56,528 bases of DNA, filler included, from Asterionella formosa (GCA_002256025.1; 5 parts of 5 records of this genome joined end to end with filler, not necessarily neighbours in it), one strand, 5' to 3'; shown: positions 1 through 13,598, counted from the first letter of the whole stretch. Program-made: numbers and translations. The notes: generated from the letters alone by a model not told the origin.

Positions 1-865
1 GGCATTCAACTTGTGCTTCTTGCATTTTTGCAGTATAGACTGGCTGGTGGGCGATAGGCCAAGCAAAGTGTCTCGCTTTTCATGAACATCGACAAGGTAC
101 TAGTGCTTTTGTCGAGGTTTGTGTCTAGATCCAACTGCTGCCATCCATTGAAATATTCCAGATACATCAAAGAATACGCTCCTGTCGTCAAAGGTAAGGA
201 ACTAGTACGATGACAAAGAAAATCTAATGAGACATGAAACTCTGTTACTATAAATAGACGGCACAGTCTAATGCTTCTTTGTGCATATCGCCTGCTATGC
301 TGCGTTTCAATTGTAGATGTATTACGTTCTTGGTGTTAGAGAGACGATGTTACGGAGAAGTAGATTGTGCTGTTCTAAATGGATGTTGTTTACTAGCTAT
401 GATTGAGGTTGTAACACTGACCGATGCTCTGGTGACAAACCGGAAATATTCGTCTTGTGTGATGAGCCATTTCGTTTTCATCGGATTTATTTTCAAGCTT
501 TTAACGGATTTTATAGTACAAACATACTGTGCAATGTAGATGATGATTCATCGAAGACATATGATGACTTGAACGACAAATGAAGATTTTATCACAAAAT
601 CTCGTTCCTCTCGACATGGCTGCTTTATCGTTGTTTCAAGAATCAGAGTGAGGACTGGAGAGGATGATGAGCCAAACCACATTACTTTCACTGGTACATT
701 CTCCTACCAAGAAATTTAAATAAAGGAACCTAAAAGAAACAATACATATAATAATTAAATTTCGATAGTCAAAAGGGTTACTATTTAAATTACGAGGGCA
801 TTTATCACAATTATTAGATGATATAACGAAAAATTATGATCAGATGATCATAATCCTATGATGGA

Positions 866-2193
866 TCATGGAAATATGATGGTTTTTATGTTTTTATTTG
901 CAGACGGACGCATTTTACCCAACCGATAAATGAGCTCCACAATATGAGGTTCCACTTCAAGCATAGGTGAGATGTGAGCTGTGTTTGTTCCTTTTCTTTT
1001 TGCACGTGTACTAACTGTTTCGAAATTAATATTGACAGCAGGAGGAATACCAAGCGCCTCCTTTCTCTCAATATTATACAGAGAAGTGTATTTCTCTTCA
1101 CTCGTTATTCTCCTCCTCCTTTTTCTTTTTCCTCTTCTCTCACCCTCATATATTCTGCTGCCGAATTGGAAATACATTCTTTCACTTTTTCTGCCATGAT
1201 GGAGCTGGCTACTGCGGTTGTTCCCTTTGGATGACCACCATAGTACTAGGGCAGGGTTGTAGTGGCAGAAATGGTGCTGCTGCTTTCAGTTGATGCAGTA
1301 GTAGTTCTGGCAGGAGGCAAACTAGAACTTGTAGAAATAATCATAGTATTAATGGAAGAATGATAATGAATTTTTCTGCTATAGCTGTACTAATTTTCTA
1401 CACCTTCCATTGTCAGCATAGATATTTCGCTTTCTTGTGATTCTTCATGCACATTCTTCTCAGCTGGCTGTTTGTCCGTGCTGGTAGCTACTGGTGCCAC
1501 CAGATAACCTCATTTTCCTTAGAAAGGAATTCACTTTCTGTGTAGTCGCCCATGGGACAAGTTCTTGTAAATCGTGCACAACACGAGAAATTGCGCCATA
1601 TGGTAGTTTTCCATTATTGTTCGCTTTCAACACTTTCATATTTGTAGAGATGTTTAATAGGCAATGTTCAATCATCCTGGCTTTGTTTGTGCTGCTAATA
1701 GACTGAGCCGCCTTGCCCAAAGGCACAGTCGATTTCTTTTTTGCCATAGTTTGGATGCATATTATGAGCTAAAAATTCTATACTGGTATGTACACATTTC
1801 CTTACAAGTGTATGGGTGAAAGGGCGCTTATGATGCTCAAGTTACTTAGGCACTATCAAGTGACAGGGAAAAGGATATGACAGGAATCAGACAACAAATA
1901 AGTCGAAGGCGATATATTTTTATGAAGCTGCGTGTATCATATAACAGTGAGTCCTCAAAACGAGGGGTAATCCGTGTTCTGGCAATATTTTCGTCGATCG
2001 CACTTTTCAACCAATATTTTAGGATAAAACAATAGCTATAAACTTATATCTAATGGCATAGCCTTAAAGCGTACGTGTTCAGGGCTGGGGTCGAAGTTTT
2101 AAAATTAACAAATCTGCATTTGGTAGGGTCAAACCGTGTTTTTCTCCTGTTCAGTGGGTCACAGCGGTTCCAAATTTTGTGTGTGGGTCACAG
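866..2193 (-). mobile_element. 5' part of a degenerate pogo/Tc1-mariner-type DNA transposon (N-terminal region and one terminal repeat)
   Basis: Broken minus-strand ORFs (1747-1460, 1177-866) with NNGKLPYGAI, GGHPKGTT (~1240-1215) and HISPMLEVEPHIVELIYRLGKMR, resembling N-termini of diatom pogo-like transposases. Terminus ...GGGTCACAG|TA at 2193 followed by a TA target site. Confidence 0.55.
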
Positions 2194-2712
2194 TAGTTTT
2201 TTACTGGTACCCAAGATGATGCAAGAGAAGACTATGTACATACAACACCAGGAGAAAGATTGTTTATGGATATTAGCGGACCCTACGCAAAATCCGCAGT
2301 GGGAAATCAGTATTGAGTGATGGCCATGGATGATTATACAAGGAAATGCTGGAGTTATTTTATCAAAAAGCGACATCGGAACTGTCATTGAGGTCCATGC
2401 AAAAATCAAAAAAATGTTGCTCAGCCCAATTTTTTGTATCTCACATATCCGGGTGATATGTCGCTTCCAGCAACACATTTTTTGTTGCTCCGAAATGTGT
2501 ATCTGTGTGTATCGCTGCAGATACAGCGTTAAGCAACACTAGTTTTATAAATTTAATAGATGTCATGTAATTATATTAATCAACAAAGACACTATTTTTA
2601 TCTCTAATGGCAACAACAGAAATGAGTTTTGGGAGGAGCAGGAATTATTGTTATTATCTCTAGCTACTCATGGAATACTAATGCTTTTCATCACTTGTAA
2701 ACGACATGCGCA

Positions 2713-4082
2713 ATGGCATCATTTGAATCTTTGGACAATGAAACTTACTCTGCAGCAAGGAAACAGGATGACCAGTGGGTTGCAACTATCACTCCTGCTG
2801 ATTTTTTCATTGACAACGAAGGGGCTTTGACAACAAAAAAACATGCTCATTCAACAGATATCGCTAAAACGACTTCGTTGTATTTGCGTTCACTTTAAAA
2901 TCGCCGGATACAGAAACAAAACAAATATGATAAAATTAACACTCATTAAGAATTGGCTAATAACTCTTGATCTTCGAAACATGATGGGGTACGACAAAAA
3001 TTCATCGAAAGAGCCAAAGAAGTATCTGAAAAGAAACGGCGCTCATCCCTTTACTCCTGAATCATCAACAAGGAAGTCTCCTCGCCTACTACTATCAAAG
3101 CAACTTTCTACTACCAGAGAAGATATTACCAATGACTCAAGTACAGATTCCGAATCATCTCCCTCCCAATTGTCTGCATTTACATCTCCAGTTCCTGCAG
3201 ATATTTTATTGGATGAAGGAAGATTCTGAATGATCCCACCAGATTATTAAGAAACAGGGACGACCTCCCAAGAATCAGAGGAAAAGAAATGCTGCAAATA
3301 TCCCCATAAAGCGGTTTGGGAAAAGTTATTGGATACCTCCATGGACATAGACGATGATACAGTTGGATCCATGGCATTCAAACACCACGGAATTGGTGAT
3401 AACTATCCCATCACTTTTGATATGTTGGATAGCAAACAATTTTCAGAGAATATGGAATTTCTAAATGCTCTTTACAAGATCTGTTTCAATAACAACAAAG
3501 CTTCTGGTCGATATGATAACTTTGACAATTTCACTCAAAACCGGTCTTTTTCTTTGTACTATCATTTATGGCTTCAACAGGTGCCACATTTCCGTGCCTA
3601 GTATGCAGTACCAAGTTTAAGTGATGGTGTTGCTATGGGCAGTCTTATTCACATTACTGTTGCCAAGCTACCTGTTCAACGAAGAAAAGGTAGAAAACAT
3701 GGCAGCAATGAGTTTGAAAACACATCCAAACAAGTGGTCGATGCGCTTATAGAACTTTCAAAAGCAAATGAGCGCCATACACAAATGACGCTTGCCTTTC
3801 AAAGTTCCAATGCAGAATTTTCTCGAGCAACTTTTCTTGTAAACCGAGAGAAGGAACTAATAGGCAGATGTTGTCAGTATGTACCGCGAAAAGTTAAAGG
3901 AAGCTCAAACTGAAGTAGCAAGCAATGAAGTGTCACAAAAATGTGATGGTAAAGAGTATAAAGAGAATGTCAGTTTTGTTGAAATTTTTGAAGCCAAACT
4001 TTTTGAATCTATGGATGCACTGACCAAGAATTCTGTAGCTCTCAAGCAAAAAACTGAAGAGGATGCATCTAATCATAATTAG
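2713..4082 (+). pseudogene. Probable Harbinger accessory (DNA-binding partner) ORF, fragmented
   Basis: Chain of same-strand ORF fragments (2713-2898, 2843-3229, 3329-3601, 3635-3913, 3879-4082) inside the TIRs, convergent with the transposase. The two-ORF layout is typical of Harbinger; the domain identity was not recognised. Confidence 0.5.
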
Positions 4083-4156
4083 GTGAACAATTATATTTCT
4101 ACTTAATTTTTGTTATTACCTAGCTAATTCCTTCCAGTTGTAGTTGTATGCTACAT

Positions 4157-5576
4157 TTATCCTATTTCAGTCAGTTTACGCCGTCGGATTAACACATTAG
4201 CCGGACTTCGCTTAAACCCATTGTTGGTGACAACATCAAGAATAATTTGCCAAATCTGTAAAGTACCTTGTACTACATCCAACTTCCTGACAGTTGGAAG
4301 ATAAGCCCACCCAAGAGGAGCATTGGGCATTGGATCAACAAGCTCCAAACTATTCAGAAATTCCATTCCATTAGCAAGTTCCTTCTTTTTATCATCAGCC
4401 ATGAGTAGGCAAAAATTGTGTAAGCGGGCACAAGCAGAAAGAATTGCATCTGACTTCTTCATCCTGACCTCAGGATCCTCTATTTATTGTTGAGCAATCC
4501 AAACGTCATCTCAATTCTAATGCAGAGTTGTGAACAAAGGAAATAGTTGTATGCATCTTTGTTTGTTGATTCCCTTTGACTTCCAACAAATGGACAGAGC
4601 ACTTGATCAATCAATGTGTAAGCAGCATCACCTACTATGTATTGTCCTGGACGAAGGTTGGATACAATCTGAAAAAGTTTTGTTCTTTCAAATCAAATGC
4701 CTTCTGATCTGGACATTTTTTTGGTGCCACGACACCAAAGTATAGGAATCAACAATTGCTGTTGCAAACAGGCAGCTTGAAAGACATTCAGTCCATATGA
4801 CATATAATGCCCAGACCATTATGCTTGAGGGAAACCATCACAATCCTTTTTTCTTGGTTTAGAAATACTAGGCTGTAAATATCCATCTATAGCACCAATG
4901 CATCCTCCACGAAATAGTTGCTGCTCGCTTTTTTCAAGGAATCCATTCATCACTGTTTGTTTCTCCTTGTTTGATGTAGGGAATTTTATTGATAATGCTG
5001 TGCAGGAGTTCACCGCCATATCAAGGAATGTTTTAGTGATTGCATAAACAGATGGAAAAGAAACTCCATAGACATGACGAATGTCTTTGAGGTTTTACCA
5101 TGCAAGCCAGCGAAGTCCAATGGCAAGGATCAACTCAGGGTAAATATGCTTATTTGAGCTGTATAAACCGGAACTTGCATTTGCTTGATTTAACAACATG
5201 CATTAACTGTGACGGAAGGTCGAAAGAATTCCAGTAGTTGATTGAAAGCTTCAAGAGTCATACAATATTCACGATGGATTTTCTTATGAAGAAGCTTTGT
5301 GACATGCTCATTCCATTCAATTCGTTGATGCCCCCATTTTGGAATTCGCACTGGCTTCGAGTCACGTTCATAGGACTCCAAAAATGATAATGCAACTGCT
5401 GCAATGAACAAAAAGCACTGTTGTTCCACTTCTAAGTCACGATTGTCAATGACATCCCAACTGCCAGGCGGTTCTTCCAGTCGATTTTTCATTGTCTTTA
5501 CAGTAATGATAATTGTCAGACATGTTGAATAATTGAAGCGTACATTGCAAATATTTTTGCTGAGTCTGATGCACAT
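4157..5576 (-). pseudogene. Harbinger (HARBI1/DDE_Tnp_4-like) transposase, fragmented
   Basis: Motifs REYCMTLEAFNQLL, GCIGAIDG and ACARLHNFC, with frameshifts and stops. Confidence 0.85.
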
Positions 5577-6535
5577 AATTTCAGAGACATAAAGAAAACG
5601 GCTAACTTTTTTTCTTTACAGAGATATATTCGTGAAATGTGTCTCTGTAAAGATTCATTTTTTTCTGAAGATAAAACAAAAAAATTGTATCTCTGTTAAG
5701 ATTGGCCCTGAAGCATTAATTACAAAACTTGCTGGTGCAGGACACAAGACTAAATTTGTCCAATGTGATGACACAGGTGAGAACTCCAAGCAACTAAAGA
5801 AAGTATGTGAAAACCAGCCAAGGTGTCAAGATGGAATTTACGGCACCTCATACTCCGCAGCACAATGGTGTTGTGGAACGTGTTTTTGTTACAGCGCGTC
5901 AGAGAGCAGTCGCTATGATGCTAAGTGTGAAGTTTAGAGATGAATATCAGGGGCTATTGTGGGCAGAAGTTGAACATACTGCGACAAGATTGACGAAAAG
6001 TGCAGTGAATTCATTGACTAAGAAGAGTCCTGATGGTGTGTTCTATGGATAAACGAATACAAGGCGGACGTACAAGCTCTACAAGCAATTTGGACGTGTT
6101 GGTTGTGTTAATACAAGAGAAGGTGTCAAGAAATTAGATGCACATTCCATCAAGTGTTTTTTTTGGGATACTCAGATGACCCCTCCCAAGAGACGTATCG
6201 CATGTATAATCACGAGACAAATACTGTGGTCAATACACATGACGTATAGTGGAGTGAGGTGGCATGGAACAAACGTACCAACAGATGGACTAGAGAAAAT
6301 GTTCAAACCAGTCACCAACCATCAGGATACGGAGATATCAGTACGAGAAGATTATTTTTGACAAGTTCAAACCTCGAGAAGTGTCCGATAATGAAGATGA
6401 AGATGATGTTAAGCAAGAATTGGGGTGGAAAACAACTGAACAATCAACCAAGATAGATGGTACTACGAAATATGAAGATACAGGTACCAATACCCCAATT
6501 GTGAAGACTAAACACGCGGAAAGGACTCAGTTTAA

Positions 6536-7861
6536 GGGCCTTTCTTTTAATTCTGTTATTTGTTGTCATTGTTGTGTCGTCGCCGAAATATGATACAAAA
6601 ATGGTGGTTTGGTTTTTTTGTGTGTATCACACTGATCACCGGTGTATCAGACCTGCAACTGCTGGTACACTTCTTGAAAAAGTTAAATGTATCCTGTGTT
6701 GGATCATCACGTTGTGAGCTAACAAAGGGAACACGCATGAGATCAGACAATGTGTATGCTGCATCGCTGACCAGATAATAGCCTGCATTGAATGCTGCAA
6801 CTCGATCGAAAATGGAAGTTCGTTCAAAAGCTACTTGGTCACTGCATTTTCCCGGTACAATCACACCAAAATAAATAAATCTTGAGTCAGCATCACAAAT
6901 AGCCTGGACATTGATTCCATAAGTCATGTAGTGACCGAATTGCCACTTTCAACTTGAGTTGGGCGGTTGATGGTGGCTAGGAAGCCGTCAATAGCACCAA
7001 CACATCCTCTCATCATGACCTCGGAGCTTTTGCATTCAAAGCCGGAAGCCAATTTGATAAATTCTATTTTTTCTTCTCGAAAAATAATTTTGATTCCTTC
7101 GCAGTTTAGTACAGCATTAATGAACAAATCACGACATCGATAAAGTAAAACAATGCTACAACTGTAGACATGACGAATGTCGATGTAACTGCCACCAGCC
7201 AACCATGATTGCAAACCAATGGCTACCACAATTTCGGTAATTATGGGCTCAGAAGCGCCACATTTGGAATAATTCCCTACAATCTGAATTTCCAGCATGG
7301 AGGTGAGCTTTTGGAATGCTCTGTGTGACATTCTGTATGTCTTCTCGAAAGCAATCTCGTGATTGAGTTTCTCGACATGTGATTGCCAGGAGATTCCATC
7401 GTGCTGTCGTCGTTGTTGTTCGGATGAGTGAAGCTGCCGTTTACAGCGTCGCCTTCGTCGTTTGGATGAGTGTTCTTTTTACTGTGCTTCCTTACCTAAA
7501 TGACAGAGGAAGAAGAAATCAAGATCACTGCTGTCATCATGGTTATCATCAAGAAACTCAAATGGCATGATTCATGCAATTGTGTGTTTTTTATATAATA
7601 AATAGGTTACCGGTAATTATATTTTATGTTGCTACTTGATATCAAGACCATCATTATATTCCGGAGGGATATACACATGATCTTCGCCAGCCAGTTGCCG
7701 TTGAAGATCCATGTCACTCCATGATACAATGTGATCACAAATTAGTAATACAGTGTCACTTTTGGAATGAATGAAATTCAGTTCAAATCGAGCTACTGTT
7801 GCTGATACATTTTTAATATATTTCAAACTCCATGATACACGAAAAATGATAAGAATGGCCC
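6536..7861 (-). mobile_element. PIF/Harbinger DNA transposon 2 (internally deleted; transposase fragments)
   Basis: TSD TAA at 6533-6535 and 7862-7864; TIRs GGGCCTTTCTT / AAGAATGGCCC. Transposase motifs WLAGGSYIDI, GCVGAIDG, YGINVQAICD and YLVSDAAY. Removing the element restores the copia frame (ERTQFK-QAKFARE). Confidence 0.9.
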
Positions 7862-8842
7862 TAAGCAAGCAAAGTTTGCACGTGAAATGTGAAGATTGGA
7901 CTCATCGTTCAATCCTACGAATACGAAAATTGTGAAATTTTCAGGAGATTCTGAGATGCCTAGTGTTATCGAGGAGGATGACATGAAGGAATTTACGAAG
8001 AATACACAGGTGAATTTTGTGTACAACGCAAGTCTGGCTTCTGATCCAGGATTACCAGCAAGCTACGATGAAGCAATGGCAAGACCGGACAAAAAAGAGT
8101 GGATTAAGGCGATCAACAAAGAATATGCAAAATTCCAGTTGAGAGGAGTGTGGAAAGTTGTCAAGCATGACACAGTTAAGAAACTAACACTAAAAACGAG
8201 ATGGGTGTTTCGAATTATAGAAGATGTGTTAGCCGGTAAGACCATTTACAAGGCAAGATTGGTCGTGAAGGGATATGAGCAAATTCCAGGTGTCGATTTT
8301 ACTGAGACATTTGCTCCAGTTGCAAGCAATGAGACAGTCAAAACATACTAGAACTGACGATGGACAACGGTTGGCAAGCGGAGGCTATTGATGTGGAAGC
8401 AGCATTCCTAAATGCTGACGTCGATGAGAACATTTATATTGAGCACCCTCAAGGTTTGATCGGTGTCGATTCCGTTATTCATGTTTGCAAGCTTGTGAAG
8501 GCTACTATGTACGGGATAGCACAAGCTCCAAGATGCTGGTCCAAGACTTTTGCGAAATGTGTCACCAATAAACCAGGTATGACGAAGAGCAAGATCGACC
8601 CTATGTTATTTATGCACCGGAACAAGGAGAGACAAATTGATGGTCTACTTGTTAATAATGTGGATGACGGAATCATTTGTGAGACTCTAAGTGCAGTGGA
8701 GTATATGAAAAAGGTTATCAAGGAAGAAGATATTGCGGACATTATGACTAAGAACGTGAAGGAACAGATTCACACAAGATTGTCCAAACCAGTTCAGAGT
8801 GGAACGATGTTACAGCCTCTTGAACATGGCAATGGGAAGGAT

Positions 8843-9207
8843 TGTGGACTCGATTGTGATCGAACGAGTCGAATATTACATTGCCATGTCAATTAGCTGT
8901 CTAACGAGATCAAAGATTGAAGATTTCTATGGAAATTTTAAGTGGAAACTCGAAGAGAGTCTTAGAACCATTTTGCGGGAAGCAAAGGAAACATTTAATG
9001 TAGCTTATAATTTAATTTGAGTTTAGATTAGTATCAACCGAGGAAACAGTGTGTTAATTGACAAGAAGGTCAATTATTCTATCTAGCAGGAAGGCTAGAA
9101 GCAGAGACAAGAGAGAAAGGAAGTGGTACTAGGTAGTGCTAGGATCACGTAAGAGTCTACGTGAAGAGAGACCCAGCCTGCGGGAAGGAGTACAGACCAT
9201 TTCAACA
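8843..9207 (+). repeat. 3' LTR of copia 1
   Basis: Follows the purine tract GGGAAGGA after pol; TG...TTCAACA boundaries. The 5' LTR is absent, so boundaries cannot be confirmed. Confidence 0.55.
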
Positions 9208-11242
9208 CACTTCCTGGGTGCCTTAGATCGCCATCGTCACTTGCTTTGCCTATTACAGGCACATGCAACAATGCCATACCGGGCGGGTTGTCAAAATGTT
9301 CCGGTTTTCCGGGAAATTGCTCTTGCCATTAGTAAGGAAGATGCTGAATTTCCAGATTGCATTTGGAATGGCGTTGAAGAAGATTCTCATAGAGCAACTG
9401 ATTTCTATCTTCAAGTAATTGTAAGGAACGGAAATTATTCTTTGGAAGTACATTTTGAGGTATGTGCGTTACTTCTAATTGACATTGAATCATTTCATTC
9501 GTGCGGTTTTAAATAAGATTTTTTAAATTATTTTGTGTTTATTGAGTATATCTGTGAGCTTATTCTTTATCTCAGTTGCTGTAATCGAAACCCACTTTAC
9601 GGAATACAGTAAATCCGATTCTATAGTTTGGGCTAGTACTTCACTGTTTCAGTTTGCTTTTCTTGACACCTGTGATTGTTTTTCCGAACACAACTGAGCA
9701 CTTCTCCAATTGCTGGCTCCAATCAGTATTTTACGGACAGGAATCAAGACTCATGATCAATATTTACTGGGCTCAGTTAGATCTTACAAGCACATGTTCA
9801 GTAAGAAAAGAGATTGTCTTCAACATGGAGCACATGTTGGTGATTCAATTTCAGTATTGGAAGAAAATTTATATTAAAAAGCACTCTGAAAACCATGTAT
9901 CTTAGTGAAGATACTGATATTCCCAAACAATTTCTTAAAGCCGCTACCTAGCTATGAGGAAATTGTTGTGGTTGGTGGATCTGCGAAGGGATGCAACAAC
10001 CTTAATGTAAACAGTTCAAGCCGAATCATTGGCTTGACTTTTTGCTGGAATGATGAAACACTGAAGTACTACAGAGAGCTTCTAGTTGATATTGAGAAGC
10101 AGAACGCAATCAAAATGGAATGTGTATCCAGCAGTAAGGGTATGTCTGACATCAAAGGTACTAGACAAGACTTTTTTATTTTCTGGAGTTAACGACTGAT
10201 GACTGGGATATTTACAATCAAGATCGTAATAAATTTTCACTTGTTCATCCCGTAATAGGTACAGTTTCAATAAAGTAGTAGCAAACCAAAAAATGAAAAA
10301 ATCAACATTTATTTTAATATTATCAAACATGCTTTACTATTTAACTTGCTTAGCTTGTGCATTTCGACCTGCAACAACTATTCAATGACTTCCTGAAAGG
10401 CCTACCAAGCTCAATAAGCATTCGCCAAGAGGATGATTAATGTGGGCAGCCATCAAGTTTGGCAGCAGTGAAATGATGGAACAATGACGCCATGGTGTGT
10501 TAGTGAGTTGATCATGATGTATGTATCAAAACTATTTCAAACACACTTGAACTCACGAAAAACTTATCCATGTACAAAACACACAATTCCATATTACAAA
10601 TAGAATAGAGGTACCCTGGTAGAAGGCTGTCACATCTGGCGTTAAAATGACTGTGACCATCATGTATTTAGATATGACGTTACATTTGCATATGTTTAGT
10701 ATTGGCAAGGCAATCAGGAGGGGATAGTGGTGGTTGTGTTTGTTCATGTATATTCTTCAAAGGCATAAGAGTCATTTAGAAAATCTAATCTTATTCACAA
10801 GTTCTAGTCCAAGTCAGAAAATTTTAGAAATTGTCAGCAAATCCTAGTCATTTCCTCAAGTTCTAATCATAGAAAGGAGATAGTATTCCTATGTGGATTC
10901 CGAAGCAAGAAGAATGTATCTTGAACTCATTCATCAGTCAGCCAATTTGAGTTATGTTCAGAGACTGAATCTGCAAATAGTCAACCTAAATTACTTAAGG
11001 AAAATTATTTTGACCAAAAGCTGGCCTATCTCGTCTGGCAAGCATGAGATGATTCATTGAGAGTGCGTCGAAAATGAAAAGGTGCGTATAAAATGTGCAC
11101 TTCCAGACCTTCCTGGTATACCTTATTTGTAAAACAACGATTAAGGAATCATTATCAATCTAATGCCTTCGCTTCAGCTGCCTCCTCCAAATTCTTGGAA
11201 ATTGTCATGCTTTTGCAAAAGTAGAGGGCAGATATCAAGAAC

Positions 11243-11342
11243 NNNNNNNNNNNNNNNNNNNNNNNNNNNNNNNNNNNNNNNNNNNNTTAATTAATTAANN
11301 NNNNNNNNNNNNNNNNNNNNNNNNNNNNNNNNNNNNNNNNNN
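11243..11342. other. Artificial contig spacer
   Basis: N44-TTAATTAATTAA-N44, with stops in all six frames. Confidence 0.97.
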
Positions 11343-11970
11343 GCGGTCTGTATCAGTAAGACTGTTCCACGACTGAAAGTCACGTCCTTTGTCGCCCAGC
11401 AGTCTCCTCATTCATACACATTGAGTGTCAGATATATTTCTTCCTTACATGCCACTTTCATTGCAAGAGCGGTTGCATCAACTTCAGCCTTTCCGACCAC
11501 TTCTTCTAGAACACCGAAGTTAGCGCAGACCCAAACCCAAAGGTAAGTGGTAAGTTCATTGCGGAGCAGATGATATCTGCATCAACTGGTCCCATTCCGG
11601 CTTTGTGACAACCAAAGATAAACTGTTTGTTGATAGAGCATTCTTTTGCTTCTATTGCATTATTTCCAATCTCATCATTTCTGACTCCATCGCTGTTTCT
11701 TCTTGCAGATTCAATTTTAGAAATGAGTTTCTGACAGGTCAAGCAGGAGAATTTGAATTGGCTTTCCAAGCCGTAATTTTCAGTGGAGACAGCAATCAAC
11801 GGTTGGTTCATGGAAATCGGATAGTCAAACAAATCCTGGTCTAGAAATGCTTTACAATGCTGTTCGAAGGACAGCTTTTGCTTTAAATTTGATGTAAGAT
11901 AAGTTACAAAGTCACGAACTGATCGTTTGCAATATTCTTCAACAAAATGTTTCACACAACATTTTTTCAA
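11343..11970 (-). pseudogene. Mutator-like (PF20700-type)/Kolobok-type transposase, N-terminal remnant
   Basis: CLTC zinc motif followed by SINKQFIFGCHKAGMGPVDADIICSAMNLP, matching the IN.R.V......G.G.......C..MN.P pattern of this family. Cut by the contig end. Confidence 0.6.
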
Positions 11971-12364
11971 TGCACATCTTCCTACAGCAATTTCGATAAT
12001 GAATTAAAGTCAATTATATGATTGACATTCAGTTGAGAGTATTTTTCAATTGGTGATTTGGTGGTTTTCTAGGGGGAAGAAAAGGCATTTTAGAGGTCCA
12101 CCAATTCTGAATTTCATCGGTGACTATATTTCGAACTCCAATTTCAGAAATGAGATGGTCACAACTGGAATGTGGCATGATTTATCATTAGTTGTTGGTG
12201 TTTTTTTGGTCAATTTGTTAGAGCGTGTTTAAAATAAAATTCTATTTGTTATTTCATGCCACCTCACTTCTAGAAGTTTTTGAAACAACGTATGTAGGTG
12301 GATTGAAGTTAATTTACTAATAAAATAAATGAGAACAGTAAAAAACTAATCAATACTAGATTTA

Positions 12365-12803
12365 GAATGTTTAGAACATTTGGGATTTGGTTCGAAACCA
12401 GTGTACTCTTCGTTTGAGTCCTTGTCTTTCAAAAGGATCAAACCCCTTTCAAACAACAGTCAGGGAGTTCCTGCCAAAAACCTTTACCCAATGGTCCACA
12501 AAAAATTCTTATCAAAAATTTCTAGACAAGATTGCGCGCTTTTGATGGCGTCATGTCTTCATCCTTCGTTCTTGTGAGAATAAAATCATCGTCCAAAAAC
12601 TTCTCCACCAACTCTTCAACTTCATCCCATCGGCACTGACATTCAGGGCAACCAAAATCGCAGCATTCACAGAAGATACCTGCCTCACAACCCTCCAATT
12701 CCGACTCTACAATTAATAGGTTTTGACATATTGGACAAGTATCATAACTGTAGTTGAATTCGACGATGCATTCGTTGTCCAAATGGTGTGTATTTTCACT
12801 CAT
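12365..12803 (-). pseudogene. Cys-rich P2X7-ballast/Nanor-like protein (Kolobok accessory type), with stops and a frameshift
   Basis: ORF with CPIC...CECC...CPECQCRW continues through stops as RNLV*KFLIRIFCGPLGKGFWQELPDCCLKGV*S.../..EEYTGFEP. This matches the R..AY.....G.LG.G.R..LP.C....IR.......Y.GF consensus. Confidence 0.65.
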
Positions 12804-13089
12804 GGTGGATTGTTGCGTTTTCGGTTATTAGTCATCAACAAATATCTGCCATGCCACTAGGTTGTATGACACCACATACATGTTGATCATAGTAAAGGGT
12901 ATATATAAACATTAAGATATGTAGACTGTATATATATATTTAGCGATTTTGAAAAGGAATCTAGGTAAATACGCACGAATTTCCACTGCTTTAAATATTT
13001 CAAATGGAATTATGTCATTCAAAATTATTCCATAGAAATTCGTAGTTCCAGGGAATTTCGGGAAACCTAAGCAATATTTTAATTTTTGC

Positions 13090-13132
13090 CTAGGGGTTCA
13101 AATGCAGGAACCTTCCTGCATTTCAACCCTAG
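13090..13132. repeat. Inverted repeat (about 20-bp arms), possibly a transposon subterminal hairpin
   Basis: CTAGGGGTTCAAATGCAGGAA-CC-TTCCTGCATTTCAACCCTAG, followed by TTAA sites (ATTAAAGGAAGGGTTAA). Confidence 0.7.
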
Positions 13133-13598
13133 ATTAAAGGAAGGGTTAAAAAAATATTATTGAGTCAGAGTACTCAAACACACACTTCTTACGAGGAATG
13201 TACGCATTGCTTTGGAGGTGTTCGATCCTCGTTGTTTGTGTGTGCCGCGGTTGGTTGGTGGCGCTTGTTTGTGGATGAATTTGCCGTGGTGAAATACTGT
13301 GTCATAATTGTTTGACGCATTGCGGCAAGAGTGTGGGATGTGTTGATCAGCAATTCCGCTCGTTCTAAGAACCTCCTTTTCCTTGGCTGCAGTGATTTGA
13401 GGAGGATTTTTAGATCATCACATGATTTAACTATTCTAAACATATAAATAGTGAATTGTAATTCAATTTTTATTTTGGGTCTGATCACTAGCTAGTAGAC
13501 AGTAGAGCATTGTAGAATGGAGCATAGTACGCACAAATAAAATGTGTTTCAATGTGACAACAAGGCATCGAGATATCCATTTTTGTCAAGCCCACTTG

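Larger units (their letters stand above)
2392..5708. mobile_element. PIF/Harbinger DNA transposon 1 (two convergent decayed ORFs)
   Basis: 3-bp TSD TGA at 2389-2391 and 5709-5711; imperfect TIRs GGTCCA.../...TGGCCC. Removing the element restores the copia integrase frame (DIGTVIE-ALITKL). Confidence 0.85.
2205..9207 (+). mobile_element. Degenerate, 5'-truncated Ty1/copia LTR retrotransposon (integrase, RT, 3' LTR) interrupted by two Harbinger insertions
   Basis: Integrase motifs TTPGERLFMDISGP...MDDYTRKCWSYF (2240-2370), VQCDDTGEN (~5760) and FTAPHTPQHNGVVER (~5840). RT motifs YKARLVVKGYEQIPGVDFTETFAPV, IDVEAAFLNA and NVDDGII. Ends with ADIMTKN after a deletion that removes most of RNase H. 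Many stops and frameshifts. Confidence 0.9.

Noticed and set aside
1..860. Short ORFs at the window start
   Set aside because: No recognisable motifs, so no call can be supported.
9208..11242. Continuation of the Mutator/Kolobok-like transposase across the gap
   Set aside because: It is on a different contig. It contains only short unrecognised frames (one ~100-codon minus-strand frame with a stop near 9210-9510) that I could not assign.
11287..11298. TTAATTAATTAA palindrome recurring about every 11.3 kb, considered as a biological periodic element
   Set aside because: It is always centred in N runs and is an assembly spacer with six-frame stops.
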